Source: a virus. Taken from it: DNA of 64,000 nucleotides. Shown in pieces: positions 46,376 to 54,707 of the stretch. The first letter of the stretch is position 1. Each line of letters opens with the position of its first letter. The translations under genes were made by a program, and so were the position numbers. The stretch covers positions 34,100-98,099 of IMG/VR virus record IMGVR_UViG_3300032236_000443. The stretch is one strand, 5' to 3'. The notes under the pieces are model-generated. The model saw only the letters and a list, made by a program, of their open reading frames with translations. It did not search any database and was not told the origin of the DNA.

Positions 46376-47006
46376 CTGGTGTTATCAGAAGTTAGAAATT
46401 TCAGGTGAGCCAAAACAATTAAATAAACTTCTAAAGAAAATAGAAGTCACTAAGAACGAAGCCACAGATGTAGATGATGAAACACCATTCTCATTCGACA
46501 ATGTAATACCTATGCCAAAGCACTTGCACAACAATCAAGGCTGGTATGACTGGCGTGTTACTAACTGGGGAACTAAATGGCAACCTAGAATAAATAACGA
46601 TAGCGTTAGCGAATGGGAAAGTGGTTCAATACATTTTGACTTCGATACCGCATGGTCACCGCCTTACCCAATCATTGAAGCCCTAGTTAAAGAGTTTAAG
46701 AAGTTAGAGTTTCATTGGGAGTATTACGAGGAAAGTTATGAGTTCTGGGGTATTCATAACTTTAAGGGTGGTAAAGAAGTTTCTTATGAAGGCGGTAAGT
46801 TTGACAGTTGTAATCAATACAATCACTTCGGATTAGACCACCATTGGTGCGCTAGTTGTGGAGAGAGTTTAGAGTGCGACAAAGAATTAACCGAAACTTC
46901 TTTATGTGAAACTTGCGATAAAGAAATGATAGAAACAGATACAGAACTATGGGATACAACAACAGAGGGAGTAGTACCAAATGGCAATCAAGCATTACTT
47001 AGTTGA
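46368..47006 (+). CDS. YubB/DUF1281 ferredoxin-like domain protein
   Basis: MPNWC, WYDWRVTNWGTKW, FDTAWSPP, YYEE. Confidence 0.8.
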   Translation: MPNWCYQKLEISGEPKQLNKLLKKIEVTKNEATDVDDETPFSFDNVIPMPKHLHNNQGWYDWRVTNWGTKWQPRINNDSVSEWESGSIHFDFDTAWSPPYPIIEALVKEFKKLEFHWEYYEESYEFWGIHNFKGGKEVSYEGGKFDSCNQYNHFGLDHHWCASCGESLECDKELTETSLCETCDKEMIETDTELWDTTTEGVVPNGNQALLS

Positions 47007-47160
47007 ACTCACTACACAAATCGGTGTAGTGGTAGATGATAAAGAAGTATCCGCAACAAAAAGTCTTTATCAGTTGGTTGTAGATAAAACGCAATCGCTG
47101 ATGAATGACCAAGACTTAAACGATAAGAACTATAACCTAAAACTAATAGCGGAAGGATAA
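46981..47160 (+). CDS. 59-aa hypothetical protein
   Basis: GGGAG RBS; MAIKHYLVELTTQIG... Confidence 0.5.
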   Translation: MAIKHYLVELTTQIGVVVDDKEVSATKSLYQLVVDKTQSLMNDQDLNDKNYNLKLIAEG

Positions 47161-47166
47161 AGAACA

Positions 47167-47355
47167 ATGAAGTGCATAGTACGAGGTTGCGATAGTGACG
47201 AGTTAGTTTATTCAGGAACAGACGCTTTCATGTTAGGAGTACCAACAGAGAAGGTCTGCTATGACCATGCTAACTCTTATGCCCAAGTTTCTGCATTAAC
47301 ACAAGTAGTTCATATTACGGATAACGGAAACTTATACTTAGGAGATAAGTTGTGA
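47167..47355 (+). CDS. small Cys-containing protein
   Basis: MKCIVRGC...LVYSG.DAF.LG...CYDHA. Confidence 0.6.
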   Translation: MKCIVRGCDSDELVYSGTDAFMLGVPTEKVCYDHANSYAQVSALTQVVHITDNGNLYLGDKL

Positions 47356-47525
47356 AGTTAGTTGCAAGTGACCCTACAAGTCTTTACCAATGGAATGAGG
47401 GTGCAGGGGAATACGAAGTTGTATGCCCTAGATGTAGCGCAGAGTTGTTTGCGCCTACTCTCGGCACTATGAGGGATAGTTACTTATCCCATTACAAAAC
47501 AAAAGAGTGCAAAGCGCACTATTAG
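47352..47525 (+). CDS. small zinc-finger protein
   Basis: CPRC...FAPT...H....C; GTG start with GGAG RBS. Confidence 0.55.
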   Translation: MKLVASDPTSLYQWNEGAGEYEVVCPRCSAELFAPTLGTMRDSYLSHYKTKECKAHY

Positions 47526-47537
47526 AAGGAGAGCAAA

Positions 47538-47705
47538 ATGGGTTATGTAACCGCTAGACGAATTACGCCATACGACAGAATTGAAGTTTGCGATAGTTGC
47601 GAACAACAAGGCGTATATGCGAATGGTAAAGAAGTTAAAGATACGCATAACGAAGTTGTGATGTGGTTCTGCTTTAACTGCGCCAACAAAGTTGTCAATG
47701 GCTAA
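47538..47705 (+). CDS. small zinc-finger protein
   Basis: CDSC...MWFCFNC; AGGAG RBS. Confidence 0.6.
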   Translation: MGYVTARRITPYDRIEVCDSCEQQGVYANGKEVKDTHNEVVMWFCFNCANKVVNG

Positions 47706-47747
47706 AGAAGGTTAAGTAACTTCTTTAGGTTCATCAGTTAGCACTCA

Positions 47748-47787
47748 GGGGGGTAGGTTGCCAATCGGCAATCTGCCCCCCTTTTTT
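47748..47787 (+). terminator. intrinsic terminator ending the early block
   Basis: GGGGGGTAGGTTGCC-AATC-GGCAATCTGCCCCCC-TTTTTT. Confidence 0.9.
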
Positions 47788-47848
47788 GCATTTGCTAAGT
47801 TACTCACTAGTAGGTATTGTTCTATCCCTAGCCGAGAGGGGCAGAACA

Positions 47849-49177
47849 ATGGCGTATGTAATCAAGCGCAACGGGCGTTATACGGGCTATTACCGCAACG
47901 CAGACACAGGCAAAGCAAAGTCAGTAGGAACTTTCCCAAGCAGGGCTAAGGCTCTCAATGCTGGTCTGCTGGCAGAGGAAGGCGAACTCTTAACCCTGCC
48001 CGAATACCAAGACACAGTAGCAAAATATGTTGAACAACTTATGAAACGAACTGATGTCCGACTAAGTACCAAAAGACATTACTCAATCCTTCTAAAGAAG
48101 TATGCCCTACCTGCTATCGGCAGCAAGAAGATAACGAGCATAAAGAAGCAAGACATACGCAAGATGTTTGATACCTTGCAAAGCGAAGGCATAAGCCCTT
48201 CCACTATCTCCCACCTCAAGACGGCGTTAGGTTACCTATTTAGGCAAGCCGTAGATGATGAGGTAATCCCAACCAATCCCACGCACCGCATAAAGACCCC
48301 CTTGTCAAAGCCCGACCCTACATACACACTAGAAGCAAAAGACTTTAGCCTTATCCTAAAGAACTTACCCACAGACGGCTCACGCTTATTTGCCAGATTT
48401 CTCATAGGTTCTGGGTTGCGATATGGAGAAGCAACAGAACTACGGGTTAAAGACTTTAACTTTCAATCAAAAGAAGTCTATGTTCGCAGAAGCGTAAGTG
48501 ATGTTGGTAAAGAATTAAACAATGGAGAAAGGTTCTTAGTAGTGCCCGCCACAAAAAATGGGCGAAAGCGCACAGTAACCATAAGCACAAGCCTCATAGC
48601 GGAAGTAAAAGCCTTTGTCAAAGCAAAAGACCTATCAAAAGACGACTTAATCTTCTCGAAGCACCTCGTCTTAGATGGGGGTAGAATAAATGTCCCAAGC
48701 GAAAGCAAGGGAAAGCAAAAGCCTTACACGAAGGGAAGCAGAATATTCCAACACGCCACAGCGTATTCATACAATGTGGGTGGGTGTAGGTGTAATCAAT
48801 GCAAGCAAGCGGTTAAGGAATACCGCAGTCAATACAGAAAGGAGAAAGGCAAGGTAGAAAGCCCTAGCCAAAGCAAAAGCCTTAGCAAAAGCGAAAGCAA
48901 TAGCAAAAGCCTTAGCAGAAGCGAGAGTCATCTACCTCGTGACAGGTGGAGAATCACTTGGAACGGCGCCATAACCAAGTCAGGTATTGGCTGGTATCCC
49001 AAGACGCACGACTTACGGCACGCTAACGCCACACTTCTTTTGAAGGGTGGGGTAGATGTTCACGAAGTCAAAGAGCGTCTAGGTCATCAGTCAATCACAA
49101 CGACGGAAAGGTATCTGCACCGAATTCGTCACCAGCAGTCAGAGGCAGCCGAGGTTGTCAATGGCTATTTGGAGTGA
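47849..49177 (+). CDS. tyrosine recombinase/integrase with inserted Zn-finger
   Basis: GLRYGE (R), TKNG (K), HDLRH, LGH, TERY; SAM-like core-binding domain. Confidence 0.92.
   Translation: MAYVIKRNGRYTGYYRNADTGKAKSVGTFPSRAKALNAGLLAEEGELLTLPEYQDTVAKYVEQLMKRTDVRLSTKRHYSILLKKYALPAIGSKKITSIKKQDIRKMFDTLQSEGISPSTISHLKTALGYLFRQAVDDEVIPTNPTHRIKTPLSKPDPTYTLEAKDFSLILKNLPTDGSRLFARFLIGSGLRYGEATELRVKDFNFQSKEVYVRRSVSDVGKELNNGERFLVVPATKNGRKRTVTISTSLIAEVKAFVKAKDLSKDDLIFSKHLVLDGGRINVPSESKGKQKPYTKGSRIFQHATAYSYNVGGCRCNQCKQAVKEYRSQYRKEKGKVESPSQSKSLSKSESNSKSLSRSESHLPRDRWRITWNGAITKSGIGWYPKTHDLRHANATLLLKGGVDVHEVKERLGHQSITTTERYLHRIRHQQSEAAEVVNGYLE
48857..48922 (+). repeat. 11 tandem NNNAGC hexamers
   Basis: GAAAGC CCTAGC CAAAGC AAAAGC CTTAGC AAAAGC GAAAGC AATAGC AAAAGC CTTAGC AGAAGC. 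Confidence 0.9.
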
Positions 49178-49180
49178 AAG

Positions 49181-49801
49181 ATGAAACTAACAAAGAAAGC
49201 ACGAGTGTTCTTAGGAACTCTCACAACAATGCCTTTCTTGGCGGCTTTACTAATAGGGTTTGCAGCCCCAGCAGTAGCCCCAAGCAAAGCAGAAGCACAA
49301 ACGCTAGCCCTAAGAAAGTACCAGAATGAAGCGGTTCTTCCAGCGAAGGACTTAGTCGGACTTTTGAGTATCGTAGGCTTTAAGGGAGAACACCTTAAAG
49401 AAGCATGGGCAATAGCGATGAAAGAATCACATGGAAACGCTCTCGATTACAATGGCAATGTCCATACAGGAGATAACTCCTATGGCTTGTTCCAAGTAAA
49501 TATGTTGGGTCAAATGGGACCCGATAGACGAGCCCAATTCGGTTTAGCATACAACGCTGAACTGCTTAACCCTGTGAAGAATGCCCAAGTTGCTTATTAC
49601 ATGAGCGGTGCAGGCAAAAATTGGAGTGCATGGAAGGGCGTTCACACGCCAGTAGTCAAATACTGGCTAGCGAAGTACCCATACAAGGCACACACTCAGG
49701 CAAACAAAGCCGTAGCAAAAGCAAAGGTCAAAATCAAAGCGGTTGGTTCTAAGACCAAAGCAGTCCGTAAGATAAAGCCTAAGCAAAAGCCAAAGCAATA
49801 G
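49181..49801 (+). CDS. secreted lysozyme-like/lytic transglycosylase
   Basis: Signal peptide; AIAMKES (catalytic E), SYGLFQVN, NWSAW; basic tail. Confidence 0.85.
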   Translation: MKLTKKARVFLGTLTTMPFLAALLIGFAAPAVAPSKAEAQTLALRKYQNEAVLPAKDLVGLLSIVGFKGEHLKEAWAIAMKESHGNALDYNGNVHTGDNSYGLFQVNMLGQMGPDRRAQFGLAYNAELLNPVKNAQVAYYMSGAGKNWSAWKGVHTPVVKYWLAKYPYKAHTQANKAVAKAKVKIKAVGSKTKAVRKIKPKQKPKQ

Positions 49802-49814
49802 CAGAAGGCGAAGG

Positions 49815-49848
49815 AAGCCCCATCAGAAATGGTGGGGCTTTCTCTTTT
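49815..49848 (+). terminator. intrinsic terminator
   Basis: AAGCCCCATCA-GAAA-TGGTGGGGCTT-TCTCTTTT. Confidence 0.8.
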
Positions 49849-49887
49849 GTGATAGAGTAAAAGCATTAGCAGAAGGGAGGGAAAGCA

Positions 49888-50031
49888 ATGGGAGCAAAGA
49901 AGAATCAAATGAAAATTGATGCAGCCCTAGCAGTTCGCCAGGCAGCACACAAAGGTCCAGGAGGTAAGTTACCTGGTTCAAGAAACAAAAAGAAGACTGG
50001 ATACGTAAAAGTAGCCGCAATTCAGAAGTAA
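49888..50031 (+). CDS. 47-aa basic protein
   Basis: GGGAGG RBS; MGAKKNQMKIDAALAVR...KLPGSRN. Confidence 0.6.
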   Translation: MGAKKNQMKIDAALAVRQAAHKGPGGKLPGSRNKKKTGYVKVAAIQK

Positions 50032-50044
50032 AAGAAGTTAGTAG

Positions 50045-50075
50045 CCCCGATAGCCCAAAACTATCGGGGTTTTTC
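50045..50075 (+). terminator. intrinsic terminator
   Basis: CCCCGATAG-CCCAAAA-CTATCGGGG-TTTTT. Confidence 0.8.
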
Positions 50076-50090
50076 TTTATCCTTATACCT

Positions 50091-50459
50091 ATGTCACTTC
50101 CTCTTGACCCTTCATACCACGCTGGTGACCGTTCTTTTCAGCGCAACATTGACTACCGACTAGCAACTCACGTAGTCAAGCATGGTGGTCAAACAATTCA
50201 AGACAATGGCAATATCCTTCACGAAGCACGTGACCCAGACAATCCAGACCATGTCATCAAGGTAGTCACAACACCTCACCCAAAGAAGATTGTTACAGTT
50301 ATTAGAGATACAAGCCGTCCTTTTAAAGACGTTCAATTAGCAAAGCAAAAGGACAAAGAAAAGAAAACCGAAGAAGTGCAAAGTGCTAATCGGTCAAAGC
50401 GCAATCAAAAGGCGCAACTTGCTAAGAAGCGGTTGAGGAACCCTCCTAAAGAGAAGTAA
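50091..50459 (+). CDS. DUF4258-like (RelE/BECR-fold-like) protein with basic tail
   Basis: YHAGDRSFQRNI...KVVT...KIVTV pattern. Confidence 0.5.
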   Translation: MSLPLDPSYHAGDRSFQRNIDYRLATHVVKHGGQTIQDNGNILHEARDPDNPDHVIKVVTTPHPKKIVTVIRDTSRPFKDVQLAKQKDKEKKTEEVQSANRSKRNQKAQLAKKRLRNPPKEK

Positions 50460-50463
50460 AAGA

Positions 50464-50494
50464 AAAAGCCCCCCAGTAATTTGGGGGGCTTTCT
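50464..50494. terminator. bidirectional terminator at the convergence point
   Basis: AAAAGCCCCCCA...TGGGGGGCTTT. Confidence 0.85.
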
Positions 50495-50504
50495 TATTTA
50501 GAAC

Positions 50505-52520
50505 TTATTGATTGTCTTTAATCAACTTAACTTCACAAGCATCGGTGGTGCAATAAGCCTCACCAATTGCGTCTGAAGCCATACCTGCATAGACACCACT
50601 GAAGTCAATAGGGAACAACTTCATTGTGTAGTCCTCATACTCCTCAGCAGTAATCTGCGTGTAAGGCATTTGAGGATAAACTGTGTTACCCATTGGAAGG
50701 AATGAGATTGTCTTTAGTTGTCCGTCATACATGTGAAGGACTGACTCAATGCTCTCTGCTTCTTTCTCAGCGTCAAAGGTAACGGTTACTGATACAGAGT
50801 TATCTGACCAATAACGTTGAGCCGCTGATGCCAAGGCAACTTTCTCATAGATAGAGACTTCTTTTTCAGCACGCTTAGCGTCAGTCTCTACTGGGAAGAA
50901 CACAACGCTAGTTGTATCAGGAGATTCACTTGCTGGCTCAATTCGGTATTGCGCCATTTGGAATAACGGAAGCATTGGGTCTCCGTTGCTAAAGCGAATA
51001 GCACGAAGGAAGTGCTTACCACCAGAAGCCCAGTGAACTCCAGGAGATTCACCTGCAAGGATAGACACAGTTCCTGATGGCTTAACAGTTGTTGTTTTAA
51101 TTGATTCACGAATGCCAAGCCACTCAGAGTAAGTTACATCGTGACCCTTGATAACTCGGTAGCCCTCATCCATCCATGTACGCAATACAGACCAACCATT
51201 GTTATCTGCAAAGTTTGCTACACCAGAGATTGAAGTTCCGATACGGCGATTGCGTTGCATGATTGCGTTGGTCTCTTGCCAGTGAGTAGGGATAAGAGTC
51301 ACAGTCTTGGCGTAGAGGTAAGCGAACTTTAGTGTTCTCTTGAAATCTTCTAATGAGTCATGGCGATTCAAGTATGTTTCAACCAAAGTACAACACTCGT
51401 ATGATTCAAGTGACTGCTCAGCACAAGGGTTGTAACCTGCAATGCGCCAATCCTTGTTATTGATTGGGTCTGCAAGACGACCATACTGGCGAGATACATC
51501 CATCCAAATAACTCCAGGCTCACCGTTACGGGCAATGCCGTCAATGATTGGAGATAGGTCTTGACCTACTGCAACTTCAACAGAGTTGTTAGACATCCAA
51601 CCATGAGACATACGCTCAGGGTTCTTGTCATAGTTCTTTAGGTCTAAGAAGTCTTGGTCATCTAGGCGTCCCATAAGAAGTTCTGCGGAACGGCGAACAT
51701 TGCCCGATACAACGCAGACGCCAATGACGTTGCCAATATCTGCAATGTCACGACGGGTTAACTTCTGACCAGAACGACCAGAGAACATCCCGTTAATGAA
51801 GTCGTGTAACTTCTCTAGCGGTTCGTGTCCTGCTGCAGTGCCTCCAAAGGTTTTAATCGGAGCACCTGCTGGACGGATTTGCGAGTAGTCAAAGATTGGC
51901 TTCTTCGTATCTGGCTTAAGGTAAGAATTGATGAGGGAGGCTGTTGACTCGACCCATCCCTCACGTGTGTCTGGGATGACATAGGTATCACCTTCTTGTG
52001 GCTCATAGATGTTGAAGTCCTTGTCTGCACCCTTGTCATCAAAGCCAACGCCCACTCCGAGCATTGAGGCTTCCATGAGGAATGCGAATGGTTTGGCAGG
52101 GTCAGTCTTGGTCATTGAGCCTGTGGATACAAAGGCGCAATTTTGTAGAGCAGCGGAGTTGCGTTGCTCGTTAACTAGTGGGGTGCCCATTACCCATAGT
52201 CCTCGTCCTGGTGGTGTCCACTTCAAGTTGAACAGGCGGTCAAAGGCTTCTTTAGCCGAGGCTGCTGCCTTGGCGTCTGACCATGGAAGGCGGTTTAGTT
52301 TGGCGTGGTCCTTCTGAAGGGAGTACATACCGTTGATGACTCGCTGGCATACATCTACCCATGTCTCCTTAGTACCATCTGCCTTCAGGCGAGAATAGGT
52401 GCGTAGGAAAGTAATCTCTCCTACTGAATTGCCCCCAGCATCTCTATACCCGAATGGTGCCTTCTTACCCTTGTAGGACTCTACAAATTCGTTTGCTAGT
52501 TCAAAAGAGAACAAGCCCAT
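50505..52520 (-). CDS. nrdJ: class II (B12-dependent) monomeric ribonucleotide reductase
   Basis: PPGRGLW, NCAF, GNVRRSAE, NPCAEQ, CTL, VKPSGT, C-terminal YCTTDAC. Confidence 0.93.
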   Translation of the reverse strand: MGLFSFELANEFVESYKGKKAPFGYRDAGGNSVGEITFLRTYSRLKADGTKETWVDVCQRVINGMYSLQKDHAKLNRLPWSDAKAAASAKEAFDRLFNLKWTPPGRGLWVMGTPLVNEQRNSAALQNCAFVSTGSMTKTDPAKPFAFLMEASMLGVGVGFDDKGADKDFNIYEPQEGDTYVIPDTREGWVESTASLINSYLKPDTKKPIFDYSQIRPAGAPIKTFGGTAAGHEPLEKLHDFINGMFSGRSGQKLTRRDIADIGNVIGVCVVSGNVRRSAELLMGRLDDQDFLDLKNYDKNPERMSHGWMSNNSVEVAVGQDLSPIIDGIARNGEPGVIWMDVSRQYGRLADPINNKDWRIAGYNPCAEQSLESYECCTLVETYLNRHDSLEDFKRTLKFAYLYAKTVTLIPTHWQETNAIMQRNRRIGTSISGVANFADNNGWSVLRTWMDEGYRVIKGHDVTYSEWLGIRESIKTTTVKPSGTVSILAGESPGVHWASGGKHFLRAIRFSNGDPMLPLFQMAQYRIEPASESPDTTSVVFFPVETDAKRAEKEVSIYEKVALASAAQRYWSDNSVSVTVTFDAEKEAESIESVLHMYDGQLKTISFLPMGNTVYPQMPYTQITAEEYEDYTMKLFPIDFSGVYAGMASDAIGEAYCTTDACEVKLIKDNQ

Positions 52521-52704
52521 TTATCTACCACCATTTCTGTAATTGTATAAATACCCCTCAATAGGGAACCCTATTGTGACGGAGGAAAACCTACCATGCA
52601 CTTGTTAACTTCAAGGACTTGGAATCAAACAGTTCGTGTGCTAAACGCCACTCCACTGTCCTCCACCTTGTTCCATACTTACCCACCCGCTGTTATCAGA
52701 TAAG

Positions 52705-54210
52705 TTATTCTTCTATAGAAGTCTGAATAATCTTAGTAACGGCGTCTTCCTTTAGAGCCTCTGGCAGTTCTCGAAGTGCTTGTGCCCTGTCTCCAAAGAT
52801 GGCAGAGAGAACTCCACCTGACGATTGACGGCTGGCAGTAATCTGAATGAACTCTTTATTCTGGTCCATCTCGTTGACGTTGCCCACCAGTTTTAGGAGT
52901 CGGTCAATTTCTTGGGAAAGGTTAGGGTCTGCGTATCCACCGTTCATTTCTTCAGCAAAACGCATAAAAGCAACTCTTTGGCCCTGCATTTCAATGATTG
53001 CAGTAAGTAACGCCTTCAACTGTTCTTTAGTCTTTACCTCAACTGGAAGGTTAAAGGCGCACATGTTTGAGGGCTTGAAGGCTGGGCAGTTCGCTGCAAC
53101 AAAGCAGGTATCGCATTGGCGAAGAGAAGAAGACTGGTTGTTGATGACGGGAACTTCTTTAAGGACATCACGACCATTGTCGTCTTGCTCGACTACCGTC
53201 TTCATCTTGTACCCAAAAACAGGTAGGTTTTGTATCTCTTCTGGCGCTCTTTGGACTAGTTCAGTGGGCTCTTTTTTCCGCATCTCAACATCACTGTTAT
53301 CAGAAAGGTACCCCCCTAATTCCCCTAAACCTGATAGTAGAGGGGTATCGCTGTTATCAGATACTTGGGAGTTTTTACCGCCCTCAATGATGTGTAAGTC
53401 AGGTGTCTTCTTGTCCATGGATGCCTCTAGTTTCTTGTATGACCAGACTGCCACTCTAGTGGCTTCTAACGTACTATCTTGGCTAAACGCCGAATAGTCC
53501 AGTCCTGCCTTCTCCACTACGGACTTGTAGCGGGGTCTTGCTTGGTCCTTCATCTTCTTTGGGTAACGTACTAACTTGGTGCCATCCCAGATGATTGTCT
53601 CGCCTCGGCGCATGGGGGATAGCCACGACAATGTGCTGGCAGTCGTAAATGGTACCTGCCGTAGGTTGTCGGGCTTGGCGCAGGCAAGGGCGTGGAACCG
53701 TGTTCCATACTGGCGCTCATACGACCTTGTAAGGGCTGAGAGGCTGGTTACAGACTCAATCTCAGCGTTGGGTATGACCACGTTCTGATGGGCCTCACAG
53801 AGGGCTTTGAGGGCTGGTAAGCCGTACTCCTCATGCCAGACCACCCATAACTTAGGGTCGTTCTCGAAGAAGGGGCGTTGGGCTTCTACCCAGTTCTTTC
53901 CTAGAACTAGGGAGTCGAACTCTGTAAATGCCAGGGCCCTGTCAGCATTGTTCACCAGGAACTCCTGGTACTCAGCGGCTAAAGAAGTTAGTTCTTCTTT
54001 AGATAGCCCAGCCTTATCTGCCTGGGCCGCTCCAGACTCAATGACAACCAGGGTATCTGAGTCGAAATGCTCAGAGATGAGCCAGTTCTTATTCTTGGGC
54101 AAACCTCTTTTGCGTAACCCCCAAAAGTTGAGTCCCATCAACTCAACTTTCTGACCCTCTAGGAGGGTACGGTTACTTCCAACTTCGGCGCCACTAAAGA
54201 TGATTCTCAT
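52705..54210 (-). CDS. TGT/DpdA-like barrel (degenerate) fused to a Cys-rich C-terminal domain
   Basis: IESGA, EFD, VVWH, FHALA, PFTTASTLSW...RRG echo DSGA/ELD/PVWH/HGFG/PFYSVDSSSW; CDTC...CPAF...C. Confidence 0.5.
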   Translation of the reverse strand: MRIIFSGAEVGSNRTLLEGQKVELMGLNFWGLRKRGLPKNKNWLISEHFDSDTLVVIESGAAQADKAGLSKEELTSLAAEYQEFLVNNADRALAFTEFDSLVLGKNWVEAQRPFFENDPKLWVVWHEEYGLPALKALCEAHQNVVIPNAEIESVTSLSALTRSYERQYGTRFHALACAKPDNLRQVPFTTASTLSWLSPMRRGETIIWDGTKLVRYPKKMKDQARPRYKSVVEKAGLDYSAFSQDSTLEATRVAVWSYKKLEASMDKKTPDLHIIEGGKNSQVSDNSDTPLLSGLGELGGYLSDNSDVEMRKKEPTELVQRAPEEIQNLPVFGYKMKTVVEQDDNGRDVLKEVPVINNQSSSLRQCDTCFVAANCPAFKPSNMCAFNLPVEVKTKEQLKALLTAIIEMQGQRVAFMRFAEEMNGGYADPNLSQEIDRLLKLVGNVNEMDQNKEFIQITASRQSSGGVLSAIFGDRAQALRELPEALKEDAVTKIIQTSIEE

Positions 54211-54704
54211 TCGTCTTTTTCAGACCAGAAGTCTTGTTCTTTAGGGCGTTGGGCTTCTTTAGCCTTAGCCATGTTTACACGAGTTACTGCAGCCTCAATG
54301 TCAGACCACTTACGAACCTTGCTTGGGGCATCTGGGCGATTCTCTACCCTTGTGTAACCAGGGTGGCTAAATAACAACGCAGTTACATTCTGCTCTTCGA
54401 ATGCCCAGGCACACATGGCTGGGTCGCTGTCAACATACATCTCTAGGGGTGACTTAGACCGTGCCAAAAGAAACTGTCTCTTCTTTAGGTCATCGCCTTC
54501 TAGCCCTACCTTGACGTCAATCAGTTCGTCATAATTAATGATTCCATGACCCTGCAACCATTGCTCTGCGTCATCAGTCTTACGACTGGTCATAATCGCT
54601 ACACGATGGGCATTGGCTAGGGCGTAGTACAGGATGACTCCTGCTCGGATTGGCTCCCCTGATTCCGAACTAAGTACTCCATCTAAGTTCAACAATATGT
54701 TCAA
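54207..54704 (-). CDS. HAD-like protein with atypical motif I
   Basis: LLNLDGVL, MTSR, KK, YVDSD. Confidence 0.6.
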   Translation of the reverse strand: MNILLNLDGVLSSESGEPIRAGVILYYALANAHRVAIMTSRKTDDAEQWLQGHGIINYDELIDVKVGLEGDDLKKRQFLLARSKSPLEMYVDSDPAMCAWAFEEQNVTALLFSHPGYTRVENRPDAPSKVRKWSDIEAAVTRVNMAKAKEAQRPKEQDFWSEKDE

Positions 54705-54707
54705 CGT

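Noticed and set aside
47704-47848. attP site next to the recombinase
   Set aside because: Only hairpins and a terminator are visible; no tRNA-like core identifiable without a host genome
50505-52520. Intron or intein in nrdJ (also checked terL)
   Set aside because: ORFs are continuous and of normal length, with no intein motifs
52847-53497. 216-aa plus-strand ORF
   Set aside because: Antisense shadow of 52705..54210 with no recognisable motifs
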